Made by a program: the position numbers and the translations under genes. A model generated the notes under the pieces. It worked only from the letters and a program-made list of their open reading frames with translations, was not told the origin of the DNA and did no database searches. Of a stretch of DNA of 64,000 nt, positions 63,517-64,000 are shown piece after piece. This DNA comes from Macrostomum lignano (lineage: Eukaryota), in NCBI GenBank assembly GCA_002269645.1, contig NIVC01000094.1:1143304-1207303 (forward strand), read 5' to 3'. Position 1 is the stretch's first letter; every line of letters begins with the position of its first letter.

Positions 63517-64000
63517 CTACTTGGGCCCGCCAAACAGCGAGGCGTACAGTTCGCGCCGCTGGCCTTCAGTGAGCTGTCCGGGCGGCTCGGAGGCGGTGGC
63601 GAAGCCGACCAGTCGGGGCATCTCCAGGTAGCGCAGTCTGCGCGCTTTACTCGCCGCCGAGTGTCGACATTCGCCCGCTTGCGCAGCCGGCGGCGGAGCT
63701 GCTGCAGGCGGCGGGCGAATCCTGGCCGAGAGCGCCGGGTCGGTAAGGCCGGCAGTGCGGCTGTGCACGAAGTCCAGCAGAGTCAGCTTGTACAGGTCGC
63801 TGTCGTCGTAGATCGCGAATCGGACTCAGGCGGATCGGACAGCTTGGCTTCGGGGCTGGTCGCCGACAACATCCGGGGTCGCGGTGTCCATGGCTCGCTG
63901 GCGGGCTGCTGCAGGTCGCTGCCTGGCAGCCGCAGTGGCCGCAGGTGGCACCGGTTGAGGCGGGACCGGGCGATGAGGCGCTCGCGGTCAGCCAGAAGGG
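63517..64000 (-). CDS. AATF: AATF/Bfr2 (Che-1) homolog, C-terminal part; three apparent frameshifts
   Basis: Stitched translation ADRERLIARSRLNRCHLRPL...AIYDDSDLYKLTLLDFVHSRTAG...FARRLQQLRRRLRKRANVDTR.ASKARRLRYLEMPRLVGFA...QRRELYASLFGGPK* aligns by eye with AATF ERLLRRTQ...IFDDDDFYHQLLRELIERK...VDRKASKGRKLRF...TELYRSLFG. Confidence 0.88.

Noticed and set aside
63517-63768. 83-aa standalone ORF
   Set aside because: It is the last frame segment of the frameshifted AATF gene, not a separate gene

Overview
Eukaryotic (metazoan) genomic DNA: GC-rich exons separated by introns and intergenic DNA packed with about 30 different micro- and minisatellite arrays. This organisation suggests a repeat-rich invertebrate such as the flatworm Macrostomum (inference only). 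Five host genes were reconstructed by hand. (1) An inversin-like ankyrin-repeat gene on the minus strand (ATG 1877, runs off the left edge; missed by the ORF track). (2) An intronless PKA type II regulatory subunit (+, 4233-5459). (3) A GABA-A/Grd-like Cys-loop anion-channel subunit on the minus strand, at least 8 coding exons (16689-33184). (4) A 7-exon gene (+, 43502-56348) for an approximately 1,230-aa protein with a long ankyrin array and a C-terminal CARD-like death fold; it carries several 1-2 nt frameshifts. (5) The 3' end of AATF/Bfr2 (-, 63517 to the right edge, also frameshifted). Mobile DNA: a very young Ty3/gypsy (Mag-like) LTR element with near-identical LTRs, a tRNA-Ser PBS and a 5-bp TSD but no gag (57771-61512), a hAT-Charlie-type MITE (24566-24920) and a Tc1 transposase remnant (about 25607-25799). 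Most interesting: the ankyrin-CARD architecture, the pol-only LTR element, a dispersed 42-bp minisatellite family in both orientations, an RFX X-box cluster, and frameshifts confined to the right third of the window. Most long ORFs in the track are repeat-derived or antisense shadows.
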